Below are positions 1 through 13,430 of a stretch of DNA of 64,000 nt, piece after piece. A model generated the notes under the pieces. It ran no database searches and was not told the DNA's origin. It was given only the letters and a program-made list of their open reading frames with translations. Numbering within the stretch: position 1 is the first letter of the stretch; each line of letters starts with the position of its first letter. Both the position numbers and the translations under genes were made by a program. Source of the DNA: the human T2T-CHM13v2.0 reference genome, Homo sapiens. The DNA lies in assembly GCF_009914755.1 (NCBI RefSeq), contig NC_060935.1; one strand, 5' to 3'.

Positions 1-84
1 TATGGGAAGTGATTAGCTTATGATGGGCACATAGGAAGCCCTCAGGTAAGGAATAGTTGCTAATATTATCATTATTAGAGCCTG

Positions 85-568
85 ATGGACACTGCTGATT
101 GGCTGAACCAGCTTCCATTTCTACCCCATTTTCTCTTTTCTGCTTATACTATAGAATTTCTAAATACTGTCTTTCCTAGCCTCCTTTGCAGCTGGGAGTG
201 GCCACGTGACACAGTTCAGGCCAATAAGACATGAGCACATGTCTGCTGGGGGATGCGGGAAATGCTTTTAAACTCAAGATTAAAGGAAGAGCCCCAGTCA
301 GTGTGGTCCAATTTCATTCTGCCCCTTATTCCTGCCTTAAGTTCGTGGATCGTGCCTGAGGCTGGGACAGACAACTCACAACCATGAAGAAAAGGCAAAG
401 AGAATCACAAAGATGCCAGCCCAACGCTGGGAAGCTACTAGCCTACACCAATGCTAACAACCATCCATTTATGACTTCTTGTCATGTGAGGAGAATGAAC
501 CTTCTGTGTGTAAGTTACTGTATTTGTGTTTTCTGCATACTTGTAGCTGAATGCAGTCCTAACTGATA
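85..568 (+). mobile_element. MaLR solo LTR, MLT1 family (MLT1J/K-like)
   Basis: MLT1 motifs 'ctcctttgcagctgggagtggccacgtgacacagttcaggccaataaga' and 3' end 'ttgtagctgaatgcagtcctaactgata'; 5' boundary approximate. Confidence 0.75.
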
Positions 569-1057
569 AAAGAGGTAAAGGAAGGAGAACAGAGAAAGGT
601 CACTAGGTGCTTCAGAGCATCAACATTCCAGCTAAAGGAAACTGCTCCATGTTTTCCATACAGGATCACTGTTTTCCTTCTTACAGGGATCTCCCTGACT
701 GGAACCCTCACTCTCCCCTCAGCCCCTCCAGTCCCCATCTCTGTGCACATAAATCCTTTAAGGCTCAGTCTAGAGTCACCTCACCTATGAACTATCTTAA
801 TCTCTCCATGTAGAATCAATCTTTCCTCTTTTAATTTCTGTTATAAATACTTACAATAATCATATTCGCAAATGGCTATGTAGTGTGTTATTGGTATTCA
901 TAGCTTACTTCTACTAGCAGAAACTAAGTTCCTTTAGATATATTATTTCTGAATAAGACACACACAGTCTTACAAAAAATATTAATTATTATTATTTTGT
1001 TAAGTATTTGGTCTACTCATTCAGTGAATGTGTACTATGAATCTACTATGTGTACCA

Positions 1058-1262
1058 TTAGGGTTAATAACTTAAACTCTAATGACAAACAGTTTGGGCT
1101 CTCTCTATGGAACAATTTACTGTTTCTTTGTCTTTCAGATAGGGATAATGGTAAAAATAGAGATTTTATGAAGAATAACTGAGTTAATATCTGTAAAATA
1201 TAGAGAACAGTATCTAGAATACAGAAAATACTCAGGAAATATCTATTGTTAATATTATTATT
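1058..1262 (+). mobile_element. MIR SINE (degenerate)
   Basis: MIR 3' half 'gggataatgg...gaataactgagttaatatctgtaaaatatagagaacagtatctag' with (TAT)n tail. Confidence 0.65.
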
Positions 1263-1764
1263 ATTATTGTTGTTGTTTACCAAGCTATTAGTTTCTAGGC
1301 ATCTACTTGTTTTCTGCCATACAGCAAATGTTGAATGAATAACTTGTGAATAACTTGTGTATGTGTACCTCTGAAATGTTTAAAAACTCCAAATGAAACT
1401 AATTTAAATTCATATATACTTAAGTATATTAATGTTCATGAATAATTCACATGAACAAATATGTGTTTTTCAATTGATTTTCTTTGGAGATTGCATTGAG
1501 AATTTCACAACAGCTCTTGAAGTAACTGGAGAAGCAGTGGCAACTACCACAAAACCAGAAACAGGAATGGCTTAAGTCAATTAGAAAATTCATTTGCTTT
1601 TAAATTCAACAGTTGTCTACTCTCTGCCTGCTCTGGTTTAGCACCTAGAGAGCCTCCTACCACGTGAGTCTCCAGAGTGAAAGGTGACCCTTTCCTCTGA
1701 CCCACAGGAACCCCCCCATAGTCTGAGCCCAACATACAGCAGCAGCTTCATTTCCAACCCTTGC

Positions 1765-1980
1765 TAAGAGCCTGGGTACTGCAATCAGAAGGTCTTTGTT
1801 TAGATTCTTGTTCTGACCCTTGCTAGGTGTGTAATCCTTCTGGGCCTTAGTTTACCATGTACAAAATAGAACAATAAGGATATTCCTCATACTGAGTTAT
1901 TGTGAAGCTTGGTTGTGTAATGATCCAGGTGAAGTGCTTAGCACAGAGCTGAACACATGGTACATGATCAGTAAGTGTGA
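1765..1980 (+). mobile_element. MIR SINE
   Basis: 'taagagcctggg...gccttagtttaccatgtacaaaatag...gtgaagtgcttagcacagagctgaacacatggta' follows MIR consensus order. Confidence 0.7.
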
Positions 1981-2103
1981 TTCATCATGTCATCCCAGTT
2001 CACCTAACAGTCTAGGCACGTTGTCTTCTTAACGGAGCTTCTTCAACACTACACAATTTTGCACCTGCTCTTCATACCACACAGTCCTTTTTCATGTCTT
2101 CTA

Positions 2104-2407
<304 letters not shown>

Positions 2408-2739
2408 TAAAATTCTATTTATTCATCAAGAGTCATCACAGATAACACCCTAATGAGATATATGACAGGACATAATCATGCATTCTGAGTTTATTTTCTT
2501 TTTGGGGAGACAAACAAGTAAACAATAGTACTAACAACAACAGAGAACATTATGAGTGAATTACTTAGAGGACCCTTTACCAAGCACCCATATATTTTAC
2601 TAGCCTGGAATATTTGACATGTCTTTCCGTCTACCATTCAATCTAAGTGAGCCCATTATTAACAAAGACCCTGAGAAGAGAATCCTATTCTCTTAAATTG
2701 AGGTGGAATGTCAGATCATTGCTGAGTCCAGGAGGGACT

Positions 2740-2945
2740 GATATTTGTTAAGTATCTACCATCTGTTGGTACTTAAGTATGAGGGCCTTATATGTCCTCA
2801 TCTTTAGTCCTTACTACAACCCTAGGAGGTAGATAGTGGTATTGATTTTACACAGGAGGAAACTGAGGGACAGAGATGCTGTGTTACTTGCTTGCGGTTA
2901 TACAGTGGATATGCAGTGGCTTTGGGATTTGAACTCAGGTCTCTC
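2740..2945 (-). mobile_element. MIR SINE
   Basis: Reverse MIR core 'ttttacacaggaggaaactgagggacagaga...gggatttgaactcaggtct'. Confidence 0.8.
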
Positions 2946-2987
2946 TGCTGACAAAGTCTGTGTGTTTCTCTAGGTTTTGCTGGAGAG

Positions 2988-3040
2988 GAGCTAGAGCAGT
3001 AGCTAGAGCAGGAGCTAGAGCTAGAGCAGGAGCTAGAGGA
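2988..3040. repeat. Short tandem repeat built on GGAGCTAGAGCA / GCTAGA
   Basis: 'ggagctagagcagtagctagagcaggagctagagctagagcaggagctagagga' read directly. Confidence 0.9.
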
Positions 3041-3309
3041 GTTTAGGGGGTGGATAGAAGATACAGTGAGGAGTTGGGGCAGGCAGGAAAGCCAAACTTT
3101 TTATCTTTGCCAATCTTATAAAGGGCTGATCCTGACTAAAACTCTGCCAGGTGTACATTAATAATAGAAAAACATTTCTGTGTAGACTCATTTTGTTTGC
3201 AGAATGGAAATTACTACGTCATGGTCACACACACAAAAACGTGTTTTATTTGGAAACCAAGAACTTTGATCATCTTGTGAATTCATATTGAATTACACCT
3301 GGCATGTTG

Positions 3310-3490
3310 GAGAGCCTGTTTTAGACCTAGTCATTCCTAAATTAGAATCCAGATTCTGACACATGAGTTGTCAGGCTTGAGGCCAATGACTTAATGGAGC
3401 CTCAGTTGCCTCATCTGATATGAAGTTATTGATGGTATCAACTCAGAGGTCTATAAAATGAAGTGTGATTAGGAATGCATATATAATTTA
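3310..3490 (+). mobile_element. MIR SINE
   Basis: 'gagcctcagttgcctcatctgatatgaag' MIR core. Confidence 0.65.
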
Positions 3491-4559
3491 TCATTTAAAC
3501 AGGAACATGTGAGAAGTAGGTTGGGGGTATTGGTCCTGTTAAGAATCTTACTGGGACAAGTGTAAACTGATACTGAACAAATTAGATTGTATTGCCACAC
3601 CAGGTATGATCTGTAAGAAGTGTCTAGCCCACTACTTTCTATCTTGTTAAGTGCCAGCAAATGCTCTTCCTTGACGGTATTTTAAGTACAATCCCAAAAT
3701 TAAGCGACTTTGTCCTGTTTAAAATTTTCTGAATGTGTTAGACTCACAGGCAGGGTTCTATTAGTTATTCATGTTCTCAAGTGTGACAGACCAGTGAACG
3801 TGTAGAGACTAATCAGAACAATGAAAGAGGCTTCTCAGTGCAGTTAGAAGAAAAGAGGATTCATTCAAAGGGAAGAAAAAAGAAGTATGCACTGTAATCT
3901 TTTTAAAAACAAAAAGAGAACATACCAGCTTCAGATCAGAAGATGGGAGGGGGGATGTAAAGGAACAAAAGACAGTAAGTTAGAGCAGTCCATTTATTAA
4001 CCAACATCCACGAAGGAGTGAAGGTGGAGAGGCCAGACTACCCCAGCAAGCTGAGGCACCTTCAGCAACTGCTAAACAATACGCTGGCAGATCCAGCAGG
4101 GGATAAAGGTAGACTAAATACTAGGATTTTGTTGTTCCTGACAGTAGATACTTAACAAATGTTAGTTTCCTTTCTTTCACTTCATTTGTGGTAAGGATTG
4201 ATAAAATAATCTGAGAAGCTGGTTTATATTTTATACCCATAGCCTAATAGCTGCTGAATGGAGTAGAAGTTGATGATCACTAATGCCTACCTAATCATTA
4301 GATCTCCATTCATTTCTCCCTTCCCTTACCTTCTTCTTCTCTATCCTCCTTTCCTTCCCCCTCTCCCCTCATCCCTTCCTCTCTTCCTTCCTTCCATCCT
4401 CAGCCATTTATTGAGCCAGGAACAGAGGATATGGTGGTGAATAGAAAGGCCTGCAATTTTTCAGGAAGACAGACACTGAGCAGATAATTAACTGCAGTGG
4501 TGTCGGGTATCTTGAGATCTGAGTCGACTCCTCACTTTGGGCCCTTCATTTTTGATATG

Positions 4560-4740
4560 TGTTTGACATGTCCATGTGGCTATTCGCAAAGCATCTCAAA
4601 CACAACATGTCCAACCCTAAACTCGTGACCTTCCCCTCACATCCAGATCTTCCTGATTTACCTGTCAGAGGTGATGGTATCACTTGGTCAACCCAAGCCA
4701 GGAGAAGCCTCAGGGTTACTTTTGACTCTTTCCTCTCAAT
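4560..4740 (+). mobile_element. L2 LINE fragment
   Basis: 'gcatctcaaacacaacatgtccaaccctaaactcgtgaccttcccc...cccaagccaggagaagcctcagggttacttttgactcttt' matches L2 3' region. Confidence 0.75.
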
Positions 4741-4761
4741 TCCTTTAATTCTATGTATTAC

Positions 4762-5077
4762 TTTTATTTATTTATTATTATTATTATTATTTTTGGCACA
4801 GGGTCTCACTCTGTCACCCAGGCTGGAGTGTAGTAGTGCAATCTTGGCTCACTGCAACCACTGCTTTCCAGGTTCCAGTGATTCTCCAGCCTCAGCCTCC
4901 TGAGTAGCTGGGACTACAGGTGCCCACGACCATGCCCAGCTAATTTTTGTATTTTTTGTAGAGGCAGGGCTTTGCCACACTGCCCAGCCTGTTCTCGAAC
5001 TCTTGACCTCAAAGCAATCTGCCTGCCTCAGCCCCACAAAATGCTAGGATTACAGGCATGAGCCACTGCACCTGGCC
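4762..5077 (-). mobile_element. Alu, AluJb-like
   Basis: Full dimer with (TTA)n tail; degenerate TSD tctatgtatta (4750-4760) / tctatgtgtta (5080-5090). Confidence 0.93.
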
Positions 5078-6554
5078 AGTCTATGTGTTATTAAGACTTG
5101 GGTTCTCCTACTATATTTTGTCCTTTTGTTTTTGTTGATGATGAAGATGACAAGTCAGTGGGGAGGGTGGCTACAGAGGGGAAGGGGAGCTATCTGTTCA
5201 CCCTGCTTTATTGGAATAATAGTGTCTTATTTGCTAATTTTTTTCAGTCAATGACAAGAAAATCAACAACATATCCACCAGGACACACTTCACCCTTCAT
5301 CCCTTCATCCCGCCATATCTATCATCTATTTACCATTTGAGTAATGAGAGGAATAAGCAGCTTCATAATTAATCTCATTTTCCCTGAGTGTTTGGAGTTA
5401 AAAATCATTTGCATTTCCACAATGGTCCAGCAATCCCTTATCCCATCCATCAGTTGGAATGGTAAATTGGCTGCCCAGTTTCCATCTGATCTTTAGTTGA
5501 ATAACTGCATGTCATCATCACAAATTTGCAGTTTGGCCTAGAGCTTGTTTTGGAGGGGCTTTGCTTCTTTACTAAAGTGTTTCCGATTTTAACTTTATGT
5601 TATATCCACGTACAGGGTGTGACAGTGTGTGTGTGGACAGAGAGAGGGAGAGAAGTAGCTGGGGGTGGCAGTGGGAAAGATGTAGAAATGAAGGTGTTGG
5701 AACTGCAGACGCACACACACCACTAATTAAAATGGGGAAATAGCATTCTTTCACTTGCAGCCACAGGCAATGAACGTTCCTTGAAAAAAAAAAAAAAAAA
5801 CTGGAGCCTCTAATACTCAGACATTTGCAACTGGATAATAACTTTGCAAAATGTGACTGACAGTTACCAGATTATCTCCTTAATCACACTTTTGTTTCCA
5901 TTAAGCAGGGCTTATGCTCCCAGCAGGTTTCAAACATGTGTTAATGTTGAACATCCCATGGAAGAATCAAAGAGCTGTAGGGACTGGAGCTTTGTGGAGG
6001 GACTCTGCAAACAGAAAGATTCTGGGGTGAGGGTCAGGAAAACCAGTGTGGAGCAAAAATAGCTTCAGCCTGCTCTGCACTGGTTGCACTAAATTCACCC
6101 CCTGCCCCCCACTCCTATGACGTCTCAGAAAGTCAGGAGCATCAGTGAAAGATGATAGAAATGCAGGGGAAAGCATGAAAATCAGTAAACCCTGCAGAAA
6201 TTTTGTTGTCTTTTTGTCTTAAAAAAAATCTTGGGATTCCAAAAGTCAGTTGTTTTAATGGACTAATCCTCAGAGATTTAATATATCATTTTATTGAGTC
6301 TTCTTTGTTTCACTCCAAATGTCTAACAACTCTGAATAGTTAACCTGGCTATAAACCCTCTGAAAGAGAGGAAAATGATCAGAGTACCAGTCTTTGTGGT
6401 TTAAAACAGAGCCCCCAGTAAGATCCAGGGTACCTTAGGAGTTACTAGAGCCTCTTTGTAGAAGTTTGCAAAGGGCGGATACTGGGAAATTAACACTAGC
6501 TAGGAGTCTATACTAGGTGCAGTGTGTATACTAACTTGGCCAATCTGTACTCTG

Positions 6555-6670
6555 GAATCTATTATTATCCTGTGTTGGAGATGAGGAAACTGAGCCTCAG
6601 ATCCATTAACTTGCTCAAGGAACCACATTGAGGAAATCATGTTGTCAGAATTTGCACCCAGATCCTCCTG
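6555..6670 (-). mobile_element. MIR fragment
   Basis: 'attattatcc...agatgaggaaactgagcctcaga...taacttgctcaagg'. Confidence 0.75.
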
Positions 6671-6844
6671 GAGCAAAGTGCACAGGAGTTGTTATTGGAG
6701 GGTTTCTCTCTAGATCCCAATTTAAAAGATTCCCCTTTCCTCTTCCCCATACCTCCCCTTTCTCTTTCTTCTCCTCCTTTTTCTTCTTGCTTTTAAAATT
6801 TTCTTCCAATTTCCAAATGTGTGGGTATTTTCCACTAGCTTCTC

Positions 6845-7030
6845 CACATCCATTTCCCACGCTGATCTGTGCCTCATAAAATAGCCACCCTTGCTTTCTG
6901 GCTTTGAATTATGTTTGGCCAATAGCAGGCACTGTCAGTGGACTGGACGGAGGGAATTTATTTCCCCGGCTCCCTCCCTACCTTCCCTGCTGTGGTGGTT
7001 GCCCATGTCCTGTCAGGTGGTGTCTTCTAC
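6845..7030. mobile_element. ERVL LTR fragment, LTR33-like
   Basis: 'cccttgctttctggctttgaattatgtttggccaatagcaggcactg...atttatttccccggctccctcc' resembles LTR33. Confidence 0.55.
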
Positions 7031-7047
7031 ATCAGCTCCAAATTCCC

Positions 7048-7390
7048 AACATTTCCCAAATGTTTTGATGTCAGGATCCCTTCATGCTTTTAAAAATGGT
7101 TGAGGAACCCCAAAGAGCTTTTGTTTAATTTTCTTGATGTTTACGGTATTAGAAATTAAGACTGAGAAATACTCAAACACAAGAATACACAGATGTATAT
7201 TCCATCAGCCATGAGAGCAATGACATCATCACAAGTCAGGTAGTGTCCGAAAAACTTCACTATGTACTCATGAGAGGATGAGAGCGAAGAAGGCAAATGA
7301 TGTCTTAGTATTATTATGAAATAGTTTTGGCCTTGGGGACACCTAGTAGAGTCTCAGGAACACCCCACAGGTTCACCCTTCCCAAACTGC
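7048..7390. mobile_element. hAT-Charlie non-autonomous element (Charlie1/MER119-like)
   Basis: 'gaggaaccccaaagagcttttgttt...gtattagaaattaagactgagaaa' and 'aaggcaaatgatgtcttagtattattatgaaatagttttg' are Charlie1 terminal sequences. Confidence 0.75.
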
Positions 7391-7659
7391 TCCTTCAGGG
7401 TTGCTCTGGGTTGCTTTTCCATCTTTTGTTGACTCTCCTTACTCTGCCTAAAACTCCTTATTACTCTCTTGATGCAATTCTCCTCGATTTCTCCATTTGA
7501 GCGTGGGATCTGTTTCCCTAGGAGACTTGACTCCTCACGGGCTGACATATGGCTGGGATTTTACCTTGGAGGAAGGGTCAGGTCAGAAGCAGCTCAGAAG
7601 TGCTGGGGGCAAAGAAAAACATTTCTTCCACTGGCAATTACCTTTATTCTGCAAACTTC

Positions 7660-7859
7660 AATTCATATTGTATTATGTATTGTAAGTAATCTAGAGGCGA
7701 TTTAAAGTATACACGAGGAAGTACATAGTGTTATATGCAAATACTATGCCATTTTACATAAAGTGCTTGAACATCCATGGATTTTGGTATCTGTGGGGGA
7801 AAGGGGGTTGGTAGCATTTCCTGGATCCAATCCCCTACAAGTACAAAGGGATGACTGTA
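7660..7859 (+). mobile_element. TcMar-Tigger element end (Tigger3/MER7-like)
   Basis: 'taagtaatctagaggcgatttaaagtatac...gttatatgcaaatactatgccatttt...ggattttggtatc...gggatgactgta' ending at a TA. Confidence 0.8.
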
Positions 7860-7909
7860 TTTATAATTTCCTCATAGATCAAAGGTAGTGTCTAGAATCA
7901 GAGCGATAA

Positions 7910-8536
<627 letters not shown>

Positions 8537-9359
8537 TGAAGGGGTGTGGTGATCCACACAGACACCAAGTATTGTTGGCCACCTAAAAAATTAGTATCCC
8601 TGGCTTATATCTGAGCTATGTTTTCATATATATGGAGATGCGCTTATAAGTGATAAAATACAAGATTAATGCAGTTTTGAATTTGTTGTATCTATTTTTC
8701 CTTTTTTTTCTAACCAAGAGATAATAACATCATCTGATGTGGTATGTTATGACATTAAAAGAAACACTTATTCTTGGGAAAATTGGGTATCACTGAACCT
8801 CAAGTCTTGGTTTTGATTCTGAAGCCTGTGGCTCTGGTGAAGAGAGAAAAGACAGGGAAGTTTATCTAACCTGTAGATATGAAGGGCTTTACTAACCATG
8901 GTAGTGAACACTGAGTTAGGTAATATGCAGCAAAAGCCAATGAACATATTTTCTAATTGTCTATTTTTTTCCTTCTTCACAGATAGTATCCATGACATAA
9001 GTACAAGTTCCCATATTATAAGAAGAGTATGAAAGTATTTAAACAGTATAGAGGCAATGCTTTTTCCCCTAAACGTTGATAAATCATTACTTGATCTCAT
9101 CTTGGATAAAAGATCTTTATCTGTTATCATCATTCAAAAATATTTTAGAAACCTATTTCCTCTAAAAGATGAGACAGATTAGGGGGAAAATTCAAGCTAC
9201 TGAACAACATACCTTAGAAGCCACTAAACAGATTAAAATAAATTTGTCAATTTTCAGGGATATTTACAAAAGCCCAATTTGAGGAACTCAGTAGCAATTG
9301 AATGGGAATTTTCAGTTCCTAGAACTAATGAATGAAAGAGCAATGCTTTAAAATTTTTC

Positions 9360-10580
9360 AGTAATATTTATTTCTATATTTTTCTATTTATTAAAATCAT
9401 ACTTATCCATTGTAGAATTTGGATTCCCCTTCCTTTAATTTTCATTTCCAAAGAAAATATGTTAATGTTAATCTACATGCGGTATTGTATATGCTTGTAT
9501 ATAGCTCTATTTCCATATTTATAAATTTAAAATTGTTTTGTATTATTCACACTATTTGATGACTTGCTGATATGGTTTGGATCTGTGTCCCCACCCAAAT
9601 CTCATCTTGAATTGTAATACCCATGTCAAGGGAGGGACCTGGTGGGGGGTGATTGGATCATCGGGGGGTGGGTTTCTCCAGGCTGTTCTCATGATAGTGA
9701 GTGAGTTCTCATGTGATCTGATGGTTTAAAGCGATGTAGCAGTCCTCCCAAGCCCTCCTGCTTCCATGTAAGACATTTCTTGCTTTCCCTTCACCACAAT
9801 TGTAAGTTTCCTGAGGCCTCCCCAGCCAGGTGGAACTGTGAGTCAATTAAACCCCTTTTCTTTGTAAATTACCCAGTCTCAGGTAGTTCTTTATAGCAGT
9901 GTGAGAATGGACTAATATATTTGCTTTCTCTTAAATTTTTTTATTAGACAGTATGGACTCTCATAAAGAACTGTAGGTAAGGTATATGTAAATTATAAAG
10001 CATGATAATAAAATTTTGAATCACATAATCTTATAATAATGTTTTCTCACTGTTTTTTTGTGAGATTTTTATTCAATTTTACATTTATAAGATTCATCCA
10101 AGTTATACATACTGTATTTAAAAATTTTTATTACTGTATACTATTCAATTGTGTGAGGTTACTGTACTTTATCTAGACTCCTGTTGATGGACATTTGAGT
10201 TATTTAAATTTTTTTGTTTTTCTTTTTTATTTCATAAAAATTCTACCAGGAAATTTTTATGTTTCCTGATGCAAGTGCGTAGGAATTGTCTGGTAGTCTA
10301 CTAGTAGTGGACTAGGTCATAGGTATATACATATAATACCAATTTGTTTTCCATATTAGTTGTACTCCACAATCAGTATATAAATAAGCCTCCTTTTCCT
10401 TACATCTTTGGCAATATTAGATATTTCCCATTTGGCACTGCTTATATAGATCTCATTGTGGTTTCAATTTGCATTTTCTTAATTACTTAAAAAATATTTG
10501 CCATTTGTTTTTCTTTCTCTGTGACATACCTATTCAAGTCTTCTGTTCATTAGTCTATTGTTTTGACTTTCTTTTATTGG
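9360..10580 (-). mobile_element. Old L1 (L1ME-like) 3' fragment, interrupted by THE1D
   Basis: 'gattcatccaagtt', 'ctcctgttgatggacatttgagttattt', 'atctcattgtggtttcaatttgcattttcttaattact' are L1M 3' antisense motifs. Confidence 0.65.
9568..9919 (+). mobile_element. THE1 solo LTR (THE1D-like)
   Basis: Starts 'tgatatggtttggatctgtgtccccacccaaatctc', ends 'gtgagaatggactaatata'; 5-bp TSD cttgc/tttgc. Confidence 0.92.
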
Positions 10581-10649
10581 CATCTAGCTAACTATTGATT
10601 ATTAGTAAAGGGAAACTATTTTACTGTTACAGTATTTATGGCTGACGTC

Positions 10650-11103
10650 TTAATTGACCAAGCAGAAGCTATTTCCAACCTCTTTGCCTGTTGCTTCCTC
10701 ATACTGTTGAAGTTTCAAAGCCAAACAATAATTTTCCCAGAGTCTCTTGCAAGTAGGAGTAGCATGTGAGTCATTTCTGGGGCCATGACATGCAAGCATA
10801 CATCTTCTGTGGATGTATCTGAGAGAGCTTTGGCTTTCCTGATAAAATGATGCAGATGCAGCTGTCATAACCTTGTGCCATCCCCTTACTTGATTCTGAC
10901 TTGAATGCAGATGCAATGCTGGGAGCTACAAAAGCCATATGATGAGCTTGAGGGAAAAGCTAAGAAATTTATAAAAATTCTGCCCTTGACAATTCTTATT
11001 CATCTCCAAATTTCTGGTTATGTGACTTTTTAAAAATATGGTTTGCTTAGATAGTATAAATCCAATTTTCTTTTAATTAGAGTGGAATACATCTTGACTT
11101 ATA
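10650..11103 (+). mobile_element. MaLR solo LTR, MLT1J-like
   Basis: 'ttttcccagagtctcttgcaagtagg...ctttcctgataaaa...cttgaatgcagatgcaatgctgggagctac...atcttgacttata'. Confidence 0.7.
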
Positions 11104-11874
11104 TGCCATCTTATCCACTAAGTCCTCAAACTAGATTCTCATATCCAGCAGTGTCCAAAAAGGTAGTAAAGAAATTCCATAAGCAATTTTGTTAATTCAG
11201 AACACAAAATTTTTAACAGGGCTGATATGATCTGGCTGCTCCCTTTCTTTTATCTTTAGAGTGCACTACTTGTCCTGTCGCTCATTGGCTTCACCCACCT
11301 TCCCCTTCATCATTTCCAAGAGAGTATGGAATTCTTTCCTACTTATGGCCTTCAATCATCCCATTTCATTTGCCTGGATTCCCTTTCCTTTAACTTTCAT
11401 TTCCTTTCTAAATTATTCTCACCTGGTATTTCCTTTTCATAAAGCAGATCACGATTTGTTTTCTTCACTAGGTTTTGAGTTCCGCCAGAGAATACTCTAT
11501 GTCAGTTTCCTTCTTAATTTTATACCCAGCATAGCCTCGCCCTGCACGAGAGACAGGAAGCACTCAAAAACATTTTGTTAAGTGAACAGATGAATATCTT
11601 GTATGTTAACCAAGTGCCAAACAACACCTACTTAGTTTCTCTTTAACTTTATAAGCCTCAGGTTTTTCACTTTTGGGATGAGATAAGAATTCCTCCACCT
11701 CTCAGTGTGGTTTTAACATTAAATGTGATAACTGTGTGTATGTGCTTGGAATGGGGTCGGGATCATTCGTCTCTGAGAAGGGGAATAATTATTTACCAAT
11801 TAGCAAATTTTTCTCTCAACTTCTATTCTTTGGACTTTAAAAGTAATACTTGAAATGATTATTAATCATTATTT

Positions 11875-12030
11875 AATCTAACATTTGTTGAGTATGTGCT
11901 TGTGTACTTTATACACACCAAAGCACTTTACATACATTATCTTATTCATTTTTATGAGGTAGCCTCTGTTATTATCCCCTTTTTATAGGTGAGGAAACAG
12001 GCTGAAGAAGGATAACTACAAGCCTTGTGA
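11875..12030 (-). mobile_element. MIR SINE (a + strand MIR relic also lies at ~11610-11770)
   Basis: 'ctaacatttgttgagta...cactttacatacattatcttatt...attatcccctttttataggtgaggaaac'. Confidence 0.75.
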
Positions 12031-12899
12031 GGTACTCTACCATTACTTGTAGACATACATGATGAAATTGTGGTTGATCAGTTACTATCTAATCAGACTC
12101 TGCTATTTATGGGAAATGCTCTCTGCACTTGCTTCATTTTGTTCTTTTCCTGAGACAAAGGAAAAGCAGAATAAAACATGCTGATATCAGGTTTTAAGAA
12201 AAGCAGCTTCCAAACACTGCTCTGAGGTCAATACAGATTTTCATTCCAATCTTCTCTCCTCCTAGATCCACAGACTCGGAAATGAAAATTGACACTCAAT
12301 CTGGTGACCCTAGGAAAGATCCTCGGCCAGGAAACAATGGCTGAGTCCTGCTTGGGCAGCATACTTTTGAGGTTCCAAAAAGTAGATTAATGTACATTAC
12401 AGAAATTTTGCTGAACAGATTGAAACCAGAAGCATTTATTTTAACCAGAGCTCCTAGTTTAGTAGTTCACATGTAGGGGGTTCTTAATAAATGCTGGTTG
12501 AAATGCATTCCATAGCATGATGATATAGTGCGATTTTATTATAATGTTCAGTGCTCAATGTAGTTTATCTTAAGTGCCACTCAATGCATGAATTGATGTT
12601 CTTCAAAATTTGCCCCAATTTACCATTACAGTTTTTTCTCTTAACTTTCTACCCCTGCCTATATTTCTAACCACACCAGAGTACTGTTTTCTGTACACAT
12701 CCTAACGTTTCTATACCTTTGCCTGTGCTGTGTGCTTCCTAGAATTCCTGCACCACCACCCCCTTTAAAAAAAACAGGCCAACTCATTCTGTATTTCTTT
12801 GCTAGACTGACTTCATTCAGCCTGTCCAAGCTAAGACATATCTACACACATGCGCTTCCAAATCTTTTAGATAGAACTATGGCAGCCTTTTTCATTTTG

Positions 12900-13430
12900 T
12901 GGCATAGCAGGGCAGGTGGATAAAGCATAGACTTTAAAGTTGGAAATATCTGGGCACAAATCCCAACTCTGCCACGTAAAAATCACGCACCCAGTGCAAA
13001 TTTACCTAAACATGAGCTTCCATTTTTTTTTTTTTGAAGATGGAGCTATTATTATCTGTTGATTAGGGCTGTTGTGAGGAATAAGTAAGAAAACATGCAA
13101 AATATTCAGCGCAGAGTCTGACACATGGTCAGCCTCTGCCTTGTTCTGCCGATTCAGGTTCTCAGCTCAAATACGATTTCTTGAGAAACGCCCCTGTTTA
13201 ATATCCCACACGTCTTCTCCAGTCTCTTTTTAAAGCTCTGGACCCAGGCTGTTGTGTTCAGTTCCAACTCTACCATTTATTAGCTTGGGTAAGTTTGGGC
13301 AAGTTACTTAACTTTCTTGCCTCGTTTTTCTCACATGTAAAATGGGGCTAATAATAATTGCCTCATAGACATGTTATAGGGATCATTTAAACCTTAAAAC
13401 AGTGCCAGACACAGAGGAAATTCTGGCTGT
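12900..13430 (+). mobile_element. Two tandem MIR copies (~12900-13130 and ~13230-13430)
   Basis: 'aaatcccaactctgccac...gggctgttgtgaggaataag' and 'ttgggcaagttacttaactttc...tgtaaaatgggg'. Confidence 0.75.
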
